Virus record (IMG/VR): IMGVR_UViG_3300022697_000248
Span: 1 to 47,748 of that record
Source of the DNA: a virus
Lineage: Duplodnaviria > Caudoviricetes
DNA length: 47,748 nt
Reading direction: 5' to 3' (one strand)
The notes under the pieces were generated by a model. That model had not been told where the DNA came from, did no database searches, and was given only the letters and a program-made list of their open reading frames with translations. Shown here in pieces: positions 9,221-18,351 of this stretch (the first letter of the stretch is position 1; the number at the start of each line of letters is the position of its first letter). A program made the position numbers and the translations under genes.

Positions 9221-9550
9221 TTAGCTCTCCTTATGCTCAATTTGCAGATCTGTGAGTCTTTGAATGACTAATTCGAGGGCATGGCGGAATCCATGAAAGT
9301 AGGCACCGTCTAATTTGTCTTTATACATCGACTCTAAAGATTCAAATTTAGTGGATGTGAGGATTTGCGCGAGTCGGTCGATATCTGAGGTGCTGCCGGT
9401 GTGGAGTTCGTCGAGGTAATGCTGAAACTGGGCAAATACAACGGAATATGAACCAATCACCGTTTTAGGCTCCAGTTCAGGGGCCTGATGGTTATTTGTG
9501 AAATTCATACCAATGTCTGATGGTGTCAAAGCCATAATAACTTTATGCAC
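9221..9550 (-). CDS. Small helical protein downstream of the portal
   Basis: 109 aa; position matches the small post-portal gene common in podoviruses. Confidence 0.6.
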   Translation of the reverse strand: MHKVIMALTPSDIGMNFTNNHQAPELEPKTVIGSYSVVFAQFQHYLDELHTGSTSDIDRLAQILTSTKFESLESMYKDKLDGAYFHGFRHALELVIQRLTDLQIEHKES

Positions 9551-9650
9551 CCAGGATACGTGACGCTATGGAGCAATGTTACACAAAGGCAACCACAATG
9601 CAAGCCATTGTTACTAAAAGATACCACATTATAGAAGGTTGAAAACTGCC

Positions 9651-9711
9651 AAAAATAGAACAACGGCCACCTTTTGAGGGGTGGCCGCGACCCTGAGTAC
9701 CGTGACTCAGG
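9651..9711 (-). terminator. Tandem hairpins/intrinsic terminator after the portal gene
   Basis: Minus strand CCCTGAGT-CACGGT-ACTCAGGG, then CGGCCACC-CCTCAAAA-GGTGGCCG followed by TTGTTCTATTTTT. Confidence 0.6.
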
Positions 9712-9728
9712 GGAGGTTAGTGGATATC

Positions 9729-12116
9729 TTATGCGCCCGGAAGGGTTTCGTCAAAGAGTTCCGCTCCGCCGCTCAGGGTGGGGTTTAATCCAGGGGTCGG
9801 CGGGGGCGTGCCGCCGTTTTGAGGTGGCGCCCCTGGCTGTCCCCCGCCTTGCAACGATTGTCGTAATTGCTGGGAGGCTTGGGAGATACGCTGTCTCTTC
9901 TGTTCTTCGTTGGCCATCCTTTGCACATTTTGGAGATAGGCCTGGAATAATCCAGCCAATTCAGGCGCTAACTCTTGCGCCCCCTTACTTTTCGCATACG
10001 CCATCACAAGTTTCAAATGCGCCTCGACCCCTTCGGCGGGAACCCCAATAGGCACTTCACCTTGAAGAAGGAGAGCAATGGCTTCTTCGGCCTGTATCCG
10101 TGGTTGATCGCCTTGCGGGCTCGGAGGCGTAAAGTATTTTGCCGGTTCCTGGCCTAACACCTTGGCCACATCAGAAACAAGACGGAAGGCCGTATCCGGT
10201 GTGGTAATCCCAAGCTGAATAAACAGGTCGGAGAGGGCAATTTCAGAGAGCCGCAAGAGTCCTTCTTGTGCCGTGGCCTTGTTGGTATTAAGAATATTCG
10301 CCTTAAACGAAAACCGCATCCTGCCTTGTATCTGTTCGGGGTCTACACTGATAAACGGGTCTTGATTGGCCTTGAGTGGTCCCAAGACCTTGACCTGCTT
10401 CCCTTTCGGAAGAAACCGTAAGTTCATTTCGTGGAATTGCGCCCAAATTTCCGTCAATCCCGTGAAAAACCGTCTTAAGATCCGTTCCGGTCTCGCATCT
10501 GCCTGACTGAGCAATGCTTGCATATTGCCAGTGGTCCGAAGGGCTGACGACGAGCCAAACGGCACCTGGCCAAATTGCGCTTGTCCGATCATTGACAACC
10601 TCTCACGCATCTGATTGAGCATGGTCATGAGATTAAAACCAAAGGACTCGCCGGAATTGGGCCAGGCCGGGAATACGAGATCATTCCTGGGATCGGCAGT
10701 CGGGATGCCCAGGCCTGGAGATATTCTCATGGTCTCATTTCTCAAACCGCTTGTGGCGCGATAGGTAAAAAATGGTACGTTCTTGAGAGTGCCATTATCA
10801 ATCGTTTGGTCAAGCGTAGTTTTCAGCAAGTCATAGACGCCTTCCATCAACTCTGGAAGACTGATACCTAACAATCTATCCTCTACCGGAAGAAACGTAG
10901 CAGTAGCAAACGGCCTTCGTGGTGGGATTGAGGGGTAGAGCGCGGTAAGAGGTTCGGCCTTAATCAAAATGGGTGAGCCGTAATCTTTGTCGGTGACGAC
11001 CCAAAACACTACATCTTCCACAAGATCATCCCCATCAATATCCTTGCGGGCAAACGCAATCACACGCCGCATCCCTTTCGCCTGGTTCTCGCTTCCCAGT
11101 GGTACCTGTGTGCCTTCAAGTTGATCTCGTTGTGTCTGGTGCTCGTCATTTTCATTGACTTGGCTCCGGTCTGTCGTGGACAGGGCTTGAATCTTCTCAA
11201 AGGATTCGTTGGTGATAAGATTATAAAACCCACTCTTCCACAGCCTGCGTATTTCATCTTCCTGAACCCAATCAAGCAGAAATACATGGTCGGCACCCTT
11301 GGGATTGCTCAATGATGGGGGTTGCAGGTTGCCGGCCCTCACCGGAGCCAACCACTCGTCAACGAATTTCGGCATGATAACTGTGCCGTCAAAGACTCGA
11401 TGTGTGGCAGAGATACGCACCACAAGCGGATCGCGTGACCCGCCATTCCAATAGGCATCTATATCATAAATATCAGGCTCTCCTAGTGGTACATCCGCGT
11501 ACGTGACACGCCATTTCCATCCCAACTCATCAAGAGGCTGTGCCCCGCCACCTTGAGGGAGTTTTGAATCAAAGGCTTCCGCGACCGCCGCACCGATTTC
11601 CTGATCGTCTCGTGGGGGAGGGAATTCAAACGTATCAATAATTTCCTGATCATCACGAACCCATGGCAGGTAAGCCACAAACGTACCATCATTGACGAAC
11701 TGTTCGATCAACTGTCCAATGGCAATTTCACCTTTTTGTTCGACAAAGATTTGCCAGTCAATGACGGTATCAATCGTGTCCTGCTTAGACGCATTCGCTG
11801 TGAGGGTCGCCTGCGCATTACAGATAGGCCGGGAGGCCATCACCGCGTTGTGCATGGTGTCCTGTGTCCGTTGCGAGTCTTCCATGAGCGAGGTCACGCG
11901 AGCGTTTGAAGAATTGGCCCAGGGGAACGATTTATCTTCCAGCCACCCTCGCAACTTGGCGTAACGCTGCAAACGCATATCATTCCATTCCGTTCTGGCC
12001 TCTAAATCTTCACGAACGGTTTCAGAAACCCATTTGGCAATGGTGTCACGTTTGAGGGAATCATGTTTCAGCATGACGGGTTGTTGTCGTATCCGAGTGT
12101 TGTCAGCCAATGTCAT
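9729..12116 (-). CDS. Portal protein (podovirus type)
   Basis: 795 aa after TerL; KSFPWANSSNA, DIDGDDLVEDVV, LLGISLPELM, IDNGTLKNVP, Gln/Pro-rich tail. Confidence 0.88.
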   Translation of the reverse strand: MTLADNTRIRQQPVMLKHDSLKRDTIAKWVSETVREDLEARTEWNDMRLQRYAKLRGWLEDKSFPWANSSNARVTSLMEDSQRTQDTMHNAVMASRPICNAQATLTANASKQDTIDTVIDWQIFVEQKGEIAIGQLIEQFVNDGTFVAYLPWVRDDQEIIDTFEFPPPRDDQEIGAAVAEAFDSKLPQGGGAQPLDELGWKWRVTYADVPLGEPDIYDIDAYWNGGSRDPLVVRISATHRVFDGTVIMPKFVDEWLAPVRAGNLQPPSLSNPKGADHVFLLDWVQEDEIRRLWKSGFYNLITNESFEKIQALSTTDRSQVNENDEHQTQRDQLEGTQVPLGSENQAKGMRRVIAFARKDIDGDDLVEDVVFWVVTDKDYGSPILIKAEPLTALYPSIPPRRPFATATFLPVEDRLLGISLPELMEGVYDLLKTTLDQTIDNGTLKNVPFFTYRATSGLRNETMRISPGLGIPTADPRNDLVFPAWPNSGESFGFNLMTMLNQMRERLSMIGQAQFGQVPFGSSSALRTTGNMQALLSQADARPERILRRFFTGLTEIWAQFHEMNLRFLPKGKQVKVLGPLKANQDPFISVDPEQIQGRMRFSFKANILNTNKATAQEGLLRLSEIALSDLFIQLGITTPDTAFRLVSDVAKVLGQEPAKYFTPPSPQGDQPRIQAEEAIALLLQGEVPIGVPAEGVEAHLKLVMAYAKSKGAQELAPELAGLFQAYLQNVQRMANEEQKRQRISQASQQLRQSLQGGGQPGAPPQNGGTPPPTPGLNPTLSGGAELFDETLPGA

Positions 12117-12300
12117 ACCTCCGTGTCAATGCGGTCGAACAATCATGACAGGTATTCCCTGCAGGTGTGGCGGGTTGCCCTTTCCGCAGACTTTCAAATT
12201 CATATCGGCAGCCGGACGAGCCCGGTCCCACAGAAACATTCAGCACACGATAGCAAGATTTCTCACAGATTGCACAATATAGAATCCCATCTGTCTCCAT
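12103..12300 (-). CDS. Small zinc-ribbon protein between TerL and portal
   Basis: CAIC...CHDC; abuts the TerL stop and overlaps the portal start. Confidence 0.6.
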   Translation of the reverse strand: METDGILYCAICEKSCYRVLNVSVGPGSSGCRYEFESLRKGQPATPAGNTCHDCSTALTRRYDIG

Positions 12301-15057
12301 CTAATATCCTAACGGGCCTCGGGCTGCTGAGGGTGGTTGCCAGACTTGCGGGCCTTGTTGAAGGTCCCTGAATGAGGGTTCGTGATTCATCAGATATTTG
12401 AGAAGGGATGGATGGTCGTCATGTTTCTGGCGCGGCTTTTGCGTGATGTCACGACTGTCACTGATTCGCCGGTCATCTTTCCAGGAATAACGTTTCATTT
12501 GGTAAATCGTCTTTACGCACCGTGACGCAATATGTATCCGCGGTCTGCGTGTGTGCCGATCAGGCTTTAAATATTCATCCAGCCGAGCACGGCCCACCCC
12601 GCTATCATCGGCTAAATCGCATCGGACTCCCATGCGTTCAAACTCTGTTTGCCAGGTGTTATATCGTGTCGTATCGCTTGGGGAGGCACCCATATTTGGG
12701 TCCATGAGCCGTAAGGCCACATGAAACTCGTTGGCTAATTCCGCATCATCATTGAGTTGTTTGACCGCGGCAGGCCCACCCTCGCACTCGGCTTCCGCGC
12801 ACACCCACAGATCATCTGACGGATCCACCTTCACCCAATTCATCATATGCGGTTTCCGTGGGTGAGGGTCAAGCAGATAGACCACGGGCCAATTCTGACT
12901 CGGCGGATCGTCCACCACATGACAATATTCTGCGGTAGCCTGACTGCCACAGACGGAACAGGCACCATCGACAAGCAAGGAGGATTCCTCATTGCAGATA
13001 AAACACCAGTGGGCGGACATATCGGTAAATAGAGGGTGAATACGATTCGAGAACCGTATTGGTTTCCCTTCAATCCTCGTCAGACGTTGAAGGGCTGTCA
13101 GATTTTTGGTCGTTTCCCCGACCGCCACCTGGTCAATATTCGGATTCTCGGTCGTGACAATTTCAATCCACCGGACATTCTTATCTTTCTTGAGTCCCGG
13201 CAGACCCTTCTCATAGATATCATCGTAAATCCAATCCACCGGGATTGCCGGATCGTCAGGCCAGGTCATTGCAATCATGACATGGCCACCGACAGACATC
13301 ACGCGCAATTTATTTTCATCAAAGATGCCTTTTGACGGTGGTTCGTCATGCAACACCACATGGAATTCGCCAGAGGCAAAATCACTCACATCCTGATCTA
13401 GCGACATAATTTGTAAGGTGGATTCGCCGACAATATCATCGGGGTTGTCAGGGTCACGATAGTACATCCTTAATTGTCTAAGTTTTTCTGTCCAACTTCT
13501 CTCCCAGGCGCCTTTAATGAGACAGTCCCTTGGTATCCACCCCCAATGCCCTTTGGGGCCTCCTTGTGGCGGAAGCCCGTTCCACTTCCAATATTGGAGT
13601 TTGGTTAAAATGACCGGATGCATGGTTGTGGTCAACGATTCACAGACCACACGCACGTTAATCGGCCCGCGCAGTTTCTCGCGGGGATAGTCGTGTTTTA
13701 GACTCTCAGGAATCACGCCGGTTAAGCGGATCACGAGGTCGGCAAGGCAGGTGTCGGTTTTTGAAGAATTGTGCTGAAGGAATCCGCTTGAACAATAATA
13801 GGGTTGAGGCGAAACAGTGAGCCCATGGACATAATCAGATCCTATTAATTCAACTGATGCGATTCTGTCCCATCCCCGATAGCCCTTCCTTTTCCCTGGT
13901 AGAGACGGTTTTGGCAAACGACAGTGCTTTCGGTGAAGAAAAAACCCGATGTCTCGGGCGTAATCCCGGAGATTCGACCCACATACCTCTAATCTCCATG
14001 ATTCTGAAGGCCTCTTCCGTTCCAAGTCTGGCAGGTAATAATGCAAAGAGGAAAGAATGCCAAAACGCTGCAACAGTATGTGTGCGCCACGAAGAAGAGG
14101 CTCGGAAATTCCAACCAACACCGCAGAAGGTTTCGTCGTCGCGCATCCATCCGCATCAAACAGGCCACGAATAAATGCAGCCACAACAGGCTGTGTGCCT
14201 CTCCACACGGCTTCCGGAATAATTTTATTCTTCCCGATAGCACGACCCATTCCAATGCGCTCCATCCATGCACGAATCTTTTTATTGCACCATGTCAAAC
14301 GGAACGCATGATGGACTCGATCGGTTTTTCTTTGAACGTGAACACCTTGACGCTGCAGATATTTCTGGAGCCAGTCCGCAACATCTACATCGTCGCAATG
14401 GCCACAATAATCCATCCTGTTGCCGGCACTCCCATAATGGCCATTGCCCGCCATTTGGCCTAAAAAATATGCGTCAGCCTGGGTAATCTCACATTCGACA
14501 GGGAACGCCCCATTGCCGCGTATGGCCACAAACTTCCAATCATTCAGTTGCGTTCCAACCAGTGATTGCACATCAACCCACTTCGCTGTTTGGCGAGACA
14601 CGCCACTGGCATTATGCCAATTTCTCTGCCGCGACCCTGCCACATATGTTCGATGCAACCCATTTGATTCAAAATAAAACCCACGTTTGGTTGTCAGTCG
14701 ATAAATTTTTTGCTTGAACGCGGACCGATACTTACCGACGACCGTGCCAGGCCAACGCGCCTGCCCTGGGACTGTATCTCCCAGCATCACGTCTTCAATG
14801 GGGATCATGCCACGGCCCGTAATCACGCGGCTTCCAGCCACTTCTGAGCGGTTGCCCCCAGCAACTCCAATAATCGTCTCTGTGGCCAGATGAATCTCTC
14901 GCGTCCTCTGACTAACTGGGCGATAGAAGAGAAGTTGATTCTCCCGCCGGTCCTGGCTTTCCTCGGCCAGCAATTGGTTGGCGAAACTTTTGAGATCACG
15001 AATGCCGAGTTTTGCAATGATCGCTGGTGTGAGTGCATCGAGTCCGATAGTAGCCAT
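12301..15057 (-). CDS. terL: Terminase large subunit, intein-containing
   Basis: Spliced Walker A GGNR/SSKT, Walker B VVLHDEPP, IAMTWP, nuclease LLDPHPRKP and HDDHPSLLKY. Confidence 0.93.
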   Translation of the reverse strand: MATIGLDALTPAIIAKLGIRDLKSFANQLLAEESQDRRENQLLFYRPVSQRTREIHLATETIIGVAGGNRSEVAGSRVITGRGMIPIEDVMLGDTVPGQARWPGTVVGKYRSAFKQKIYRLTTKRGFYFESNGLHRTYVAGSRQRNWHNASGVSRQTAKWVDVQSLVGTQLNDWKFVAIRGNGAFPVECEITQADAYFLGQMAGNGHYGSAGNRMDYCGHCDDVDVADWLQKYLQRQGVHVQRKTDRVHHAFRLTWCNKKIRAWMERIGMGRAIGKNKIIPEAVWRGTQPVVAAFIRGLFDADGCATTKPSAVLVGISEPLLRGAHILLQRFGILSSLHYYLPDLERKRPSESWRLEVCGSNLRDYARDIGFFLHRKHCRLPKPSLPGKRKGYRGWDRIASVELIGSDYVHGLTVSPQPYYCSSGFLQHNSSKTDTCLADLVIRLTGVIPESLKHDYPREKLRGPINVRVVCESLTTTMHPVILTKLQYWKWNGLPPQGGPKGHWGWIPRDCLIKGAWERSWTEKLRQLRMYYRDPDNPDDIVGESTLQIMSLDQDVSDFASGEFHVVLHDEPPSKGIFDENKLRVMSVGGHVMIAMTWPDDPAIPVDWIYDDIYEKGLPGLKKDKNVRWIEIVTTENPNIDQVAVGETTKNLTALQRLTRIEGKPIRFSNRIHPLFTDMSAHWCFICNEESSLLVDGACSVCGSQATAEYCHVVDDPPSQNWPVVYLLDPHPRKPHMMNWVKVDPSDDLWVCAEAECEGGPAAVKQLNDDAELANEFHVALRLMDPNMGASPSDTTRYNTWQTEFERMGVRCDLADDSGVGRARLDEYLKPDRHTRRPRIHIASRCVKTIYQMKRYSWKDDRRISDSRDITQKPRQKHDDHPSLLKYLMNHEPSFRDLQQGPQVWQPPSAARGPLGY
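13768..14847 (-). mobile_element. Intein (360 aa) with LAGLIDADG homing endonuclease, inserted in TerL Walker A
   Basis: Starts SEVAGSRVITGRGMIPIEDV; motifs AYFLGQMAGNG and AAFIRGLFDADG; ends GFLQHN before Ser+1. Confidence 0.93.
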
Positions 15058-15087
15058 ATTTAAAATGCCGTTTTCTCAATCAGTCAG

Positions 15088-15276
15088 TTATGATAGTTTG
15101 TAGCCTAATTGTTCCAATGCTCGGCCGTTGCCGCGAATCAAACACCGATCACAGACCCAAATAGCCTTCAGGTCATTGGCCAGCACCGTCAACCTCAGTT
15201 TACACAGTTGGCAAACTTGCCAGGGTCGATACTCGTTGTTCATCGTCGTCATCTCCATGAATAGGCGTGACATCAA
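15088..15276 (-). CDS. Small zinc-finger protein
   Basis: CQLC...CDRC; overlaps the 3' end of the TerS candidate. Confidence 0.45.
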   Translation of the reverse strand: MMSRLFMEMTTMNNEYRPWQVCQLCKLRLTVLANDLKAIWVCDRCLIRGNGRALEQLGYKLS

Positions 15277-15694
15277 TAGTCTGCCCCTTGGCTTCGATCG
15301 CCTCCTTTAAGGCTCTTAAGAGATCGTCTCTGTGTTCCCTGGCCTTATACGAAATAATGCGTGTGGGCCGCCCTTCTAACGTCTCCCCAATAGCCCAAAA
15401 CGTATCAATCGACCGTGACAGTTCTCCCAGTTTTGCCTCTTTAATTTTCTTGAGGGTAATGCCCTCCATGACCATTTCTTCAGCAAGGTTTTTGCACAAA
15501 ATGGCAAACTGTTTCGGGGTCGCCGGAGCGGCAAAGAGTTTTTCGTACCGCCGAAAGTCTTCCAGACGATTCCGGCATTTGTCACATTCCGTGCCTGGCT
15601 CCCCACGGTACATCCGAAACACCGTGCTCGGCTGCTCACGCTCGCAAATCTCGCATCTGCGCATCTCTGACGTGAGCGACTTGATGGTGGTCAT
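15200..15694 (-). CDS. Probable terminase small subunit (N-terminal CxxC pair)
   Basis: Upstream of TerL; helical core ending LEGRPTRII...TIDVTP, a TerS-like C-terminus. Confidence 0.6.
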   Translation of the reverse strand: MTTIKSLTSEMRRCEICEREQPSTVFRMYRGEPGTECDKCRNRLEDFRRYEKLFAAPATPKQFAILCKNLAEEMVMEGITLKKIKEAKLGELSRSIDTFWAIGETLEGRPTRIISYKAREHRDDLLRALKEAIEAKGQTIDVTPIHGDDDDEQRVSTLASLPTV

Positions 15695-15973
15695 TTAATA
15701 AATACCCACAGTCACAAAAAAGGTGATGTCCAATATGTTGCCCTCAGTATGGTGCAACCCGCCTTTGCACCGTGCCGGGAAATCATGCCAGCCCACAGCC
15801 GGTGTGATGATGCCACTAATGGCCGTGCCTCCAGACCCGCCCTCTTTTAATAACGTCGTGCCATTCGTGGTGCTTGAGACATAAAACCCGATGAGACGGC
15901 AATCTTCTGACGCGACAACATCCCCTGTCGCCACCAGATTGACAGGAATGCCAAATTCCATGGAATGGTTCAT
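15695..15973 (-). CDS. Small beta-strand phage protein (likely virion-associated)
   Basis: LVATGDVV...RLIGFYV...LKEGGSGG...GLH...ITFF; resembles the C-terminal domain of 1896..2948. Confidence 0.7.
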   Translation of the reverse strand: MNHSMEFGIPVNLVATGDVVASEDCRLIGFYVSSTTNGTTLLKEGGSGGTAISGIITPAVGWHDFPARCKGGLHHTEGNILDITFFVTVGIY

Positions 15974-16382
15974 GTCCGCGCTCCCCGTGTGCCAGTGTCT
16001 TGCTTCATCTCTTCAGCCTCCTCGTTTCGTTCACGTCATTTCCCAAGTGATCGTCACCGTTCTCTCCATCGATCCCATCATATGACTCCCAATCCAATTC
16101 CTACTTTCGCCATCATCATACATGAATTACGCGTTATGAGCTATTACGTAATTACCCTATTTGCGTTTTGGCTGGGTGGTAAAGATAGGGGACCCTACTA
16201 GATCACCAGGGGTAGGGGGGTAGACCCAATGGCCCTGGTCCCTTCGCTCTACGCTGTATCTATAATTTAATCGATAATCAATAGGCATAGGATAGTCGTG
16301 AGGTTAAAACATGAGCACCTTGCATGCTTTGAATCACTGCTTGCTTGGTATGCTTGCACTCCATAACCTACTATTCCTTTAG

Positions 16383-16395
16383 AATCAACAACTTA
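16383..16395 (+). promoter_or_regulatory. IHF-binding site
   Basis: AATCAACAACTTA matches WATCAANNNNTTR exactly. Confidence 0.55.
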
Positions 16396-16741
16396 CGACT
16401 TTACATATTGGCTGTTATCCGACATAACCGTATAACTGCGATATATCGTGGGTACCATTTGCTTGGCAAACGTTAGGAGGCATGGATATCAATAACCCAT
16501 GCCCCTCATACTGATCCGCTCATCAGACTGGCTACCCGTGATATATCGTGGCAGGGTCATTTAATGGACTATTTATGGACCTAACAGGGTTGTTGAGAGA
16601 GCAATGGAGTACTGGCTTGTAGGAGCAGCGCTCTAACGAACAGAGACAATAGGCCGAAAATGCGGGCAAAGAAACCCTTAGATAGGCATACGTACAGCAG
16701 CAATCAAATGGAGACAGGAATGGGGAGTAATGCCATAACCT

Positions 16742-16847
16742 GTCAAAATATTGACGAAGCGTCAAGAAATTGACTGGCATAAAAATCGTGTGCATTATCA
16801 ACTATTTAGATGCGTTTTAGGTGCACGTGCCCTGTCAAATTACTGAC
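16742..16847. promoter_or_regulatory. Three GTCAA-N4-TTGAC palindromes (putative enhancer/UAS) with an intervening IHF site
   Basis: GTCAAAATATTGAC 16742-16755, GTCAAGAAATTGAC 16761-16774, GTCAAATTACTGAC 16834-16847; IHF TATCAACTATTTA 16796-16808. Confidence 0.7.
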
Positions 16848-16896
16848 ACTGACCAGGTACGGCCTTTTGGGTTGTACCTATAGCAAATGCTTTATA

Positions 16897-16909
16897 AATC
16901 AACGTGTTA
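16897..16909 (+). promoter_or_regulatory. IHF-binding site between enhancer and sigma54 promoter
   Basis: AATCAACGTGTTA matches WATCAANNNNTTR exactly. Confidence 0.7.
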
Positions 16910-16924
16910 GCGTTTTTCAACGGT

Positions 16925-16941
16925 TTGGCACACGGTTTGCA
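16925..16941 (+). promoter_or_regulatory. Sigma54 (-24/-12) promoter of the early operon
   Basis: TTGGCACACGGTTTGCA: GG-N10-GC, closely matching YTGGCACGNNNNTTGCW; about 75 nt upstream of the first early ORF. Confidence 0.78.
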
Positions 16942-17016
16942 GATGTATAATGAAAACAATCAAATATTTTAAACCACAGATGGGCCGCAGCCGGTCTAGA
17001 AACAACGGAGGATGAC

Positions 17017-17361
17017 ATGGGAGTACGAAAATATTTTACCAGAGAATCAGCACACGGAAGCGCAACATCTTATGGGTTTGATAACGATACGATTGTGCTG
17101 GTATTTAGCTCTAGGCACGCACGAGATGCATATATTGTATCTGCATCTGATTTGTCGTTGCGCCCGATTCCGCGTTGCGACGTGGGGCGGGAGGCAGCAA
17201 ATTGGTCAATGTCTCAAAATAGAATGATCCGCCCGAGGCCATTTAGTGGTGAGTGTTGGGTCATTGAGCCGCAATCTTATGCTGATGATGAGATACAGGG
17301 ATGTTTGGGCACAATCGGAATTGGGTATAGCCAGGACAGGCTAAAAATGGGGCTGGACTAG
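17017..17361 (+). CDS. First early hypothetical protein
   Basis: GGAGG SD, 114 aa. Confidence 0.75.
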   Translation: MGVRKYFTRESAHGSATSYGFDNDTIVLVFSSRHARDAYIVSASDLSLRPIPRCDVGREAANWSMSQNRMIRPRPFSGECWVIEPQSYADDEIQGCLGTIGIGYSQDRLKMGLD

Positions 17362-17451
17362 CCGGTCGGCTGCCATGAAGGCAAATTCATAAACCGGGAG
17401 CCTGTATATTGATCGGGATCCCACTAAACCAACCAACAAAGGGGAAATGAC

Positions 17452-17715
17452 ATGACCAGAAAACACCTACAGAAAATTGCAAACCTCCTCGGCCTCTCTA
17501 CAGATGATTTGCATCGAAAAATGGGAGATCACGCGGATGGAAACTTTTGGAATGTAACACATTGGATCGTCACGAACGTGTGTTGCCCCAATAATGATGC
17601 CGAGTTGTTTGGGGATGGCCTAAAAGGCGAAAAAATCGACACAATCGAGGAATGTTTAGATCATATTGCATGGCATTTAGACGATGACAATATTACCGAT
17701 GTACTCACAAGATAA
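17452..17715 (+). CDS. Early acidic hypothetical protein
   Basis: AAAGGGG SD; Asp-rich C-terminal half. Confidence 0.7.
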   Translation: MTRKHLQKIANLLGLSTDDLHRKMGDHADGNFWNVTHWIVTNVCCPNNDAELFGDGLKGEKIDTIEECLDHIAWHLDDDNITDVLTR

Positions 17716-17733
17716 CCAACCGAGGAGGCTGAT

Positions 17734-18078
17734 ATGAATAGGCCATGTAATATATCGGCCACTAAAATAAAGTCCACTTATTATCACAGACCTGGAAAAA
17801 CCGATTGGAAAATCGTTTTTTCTGTTGATTTTAGCGGCAATGGATCAAACTCATCCTACACGGTGGCGGGGACTAATTTGCGGGCGCATAACGATCTATA
17901 CGCAGCAATAGATATGTCGTCAACGGCTGTCATCGAAATGGAGAACGAGGCCCGAAATGGGGGCGTCACACCCCTGACACACCACTCAGGCGATACATAT
18001 CTCATCCGCTATTCCTGGCTGCCTGATGAGAAAGAGTTCGAAAAAACGCAGCTTGTTGGCACAAAATTGAGAGATTAA
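17734..18078 (+). CDS. Early hypothetical protein
   Basis: GAGGAGG SD, 114 aa. Confidence 0.7.
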   Translation: MNRPCNISATKIKSTYYHRPGKTDWKIVFSVDFSGNGSNSSYTVAGTNLRAHNDLYAAIDMSSTAVIEMENEARNGGVTPLTHHSGDTYLIRYSWLPDEKEFEKTQLVGTKLRD

Positions 18079-18126
18079 TCATTGCACGGATTCCCCCCCA
18101 CGGGGTGAGGGGAAGGAAGGGTTCCA

Positions 18127-18330
18127 ATGACCTACGACCAAGCGCGAGACCGGGCTTTTGCTGTTGGCACAATACCAGATGGGTATTTTGGCGGCACTGC
18201 TGAGGTTCTGTTCGCACACGATCCAATTTCAAAGCAGACCCCCAATAATTTGTCGGAAGACGAAGCGTACTGGCTTTTGGACCATTCCCCATCATCAACC
18301 GTCACACATTTACGGACATTGTCTATTTAA
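18127..18330 (+). CDS. Early hypothetical protein
   Basis: AAGGAAGG upstream, 67 aa. Confidence 0.6.
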   Translation: MTYDQARDRAFAVGTIPDGYFGGTAEVLFAHDPISKQTPNNLSEDEAYWLLDHSPSSTVTHLRTLSI

Positions 18331-18351
18331 ATCAAAACGAAGGAGGACAAC

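Noticed and set aside
16774-16790. Second sigma54-like site CTGGCATAAAAATCGTG
   Set aside because: The -12 position reads GT rather than GC and it abuts an enhancer box; too weak to call
16925-16951. Sigma70 promoter TTGGCA...TATAAT
   Set aside because: Spacer is only 15 nt; the sigma54 reading fits better with the IHF and UAS context, though it is not fully excluded
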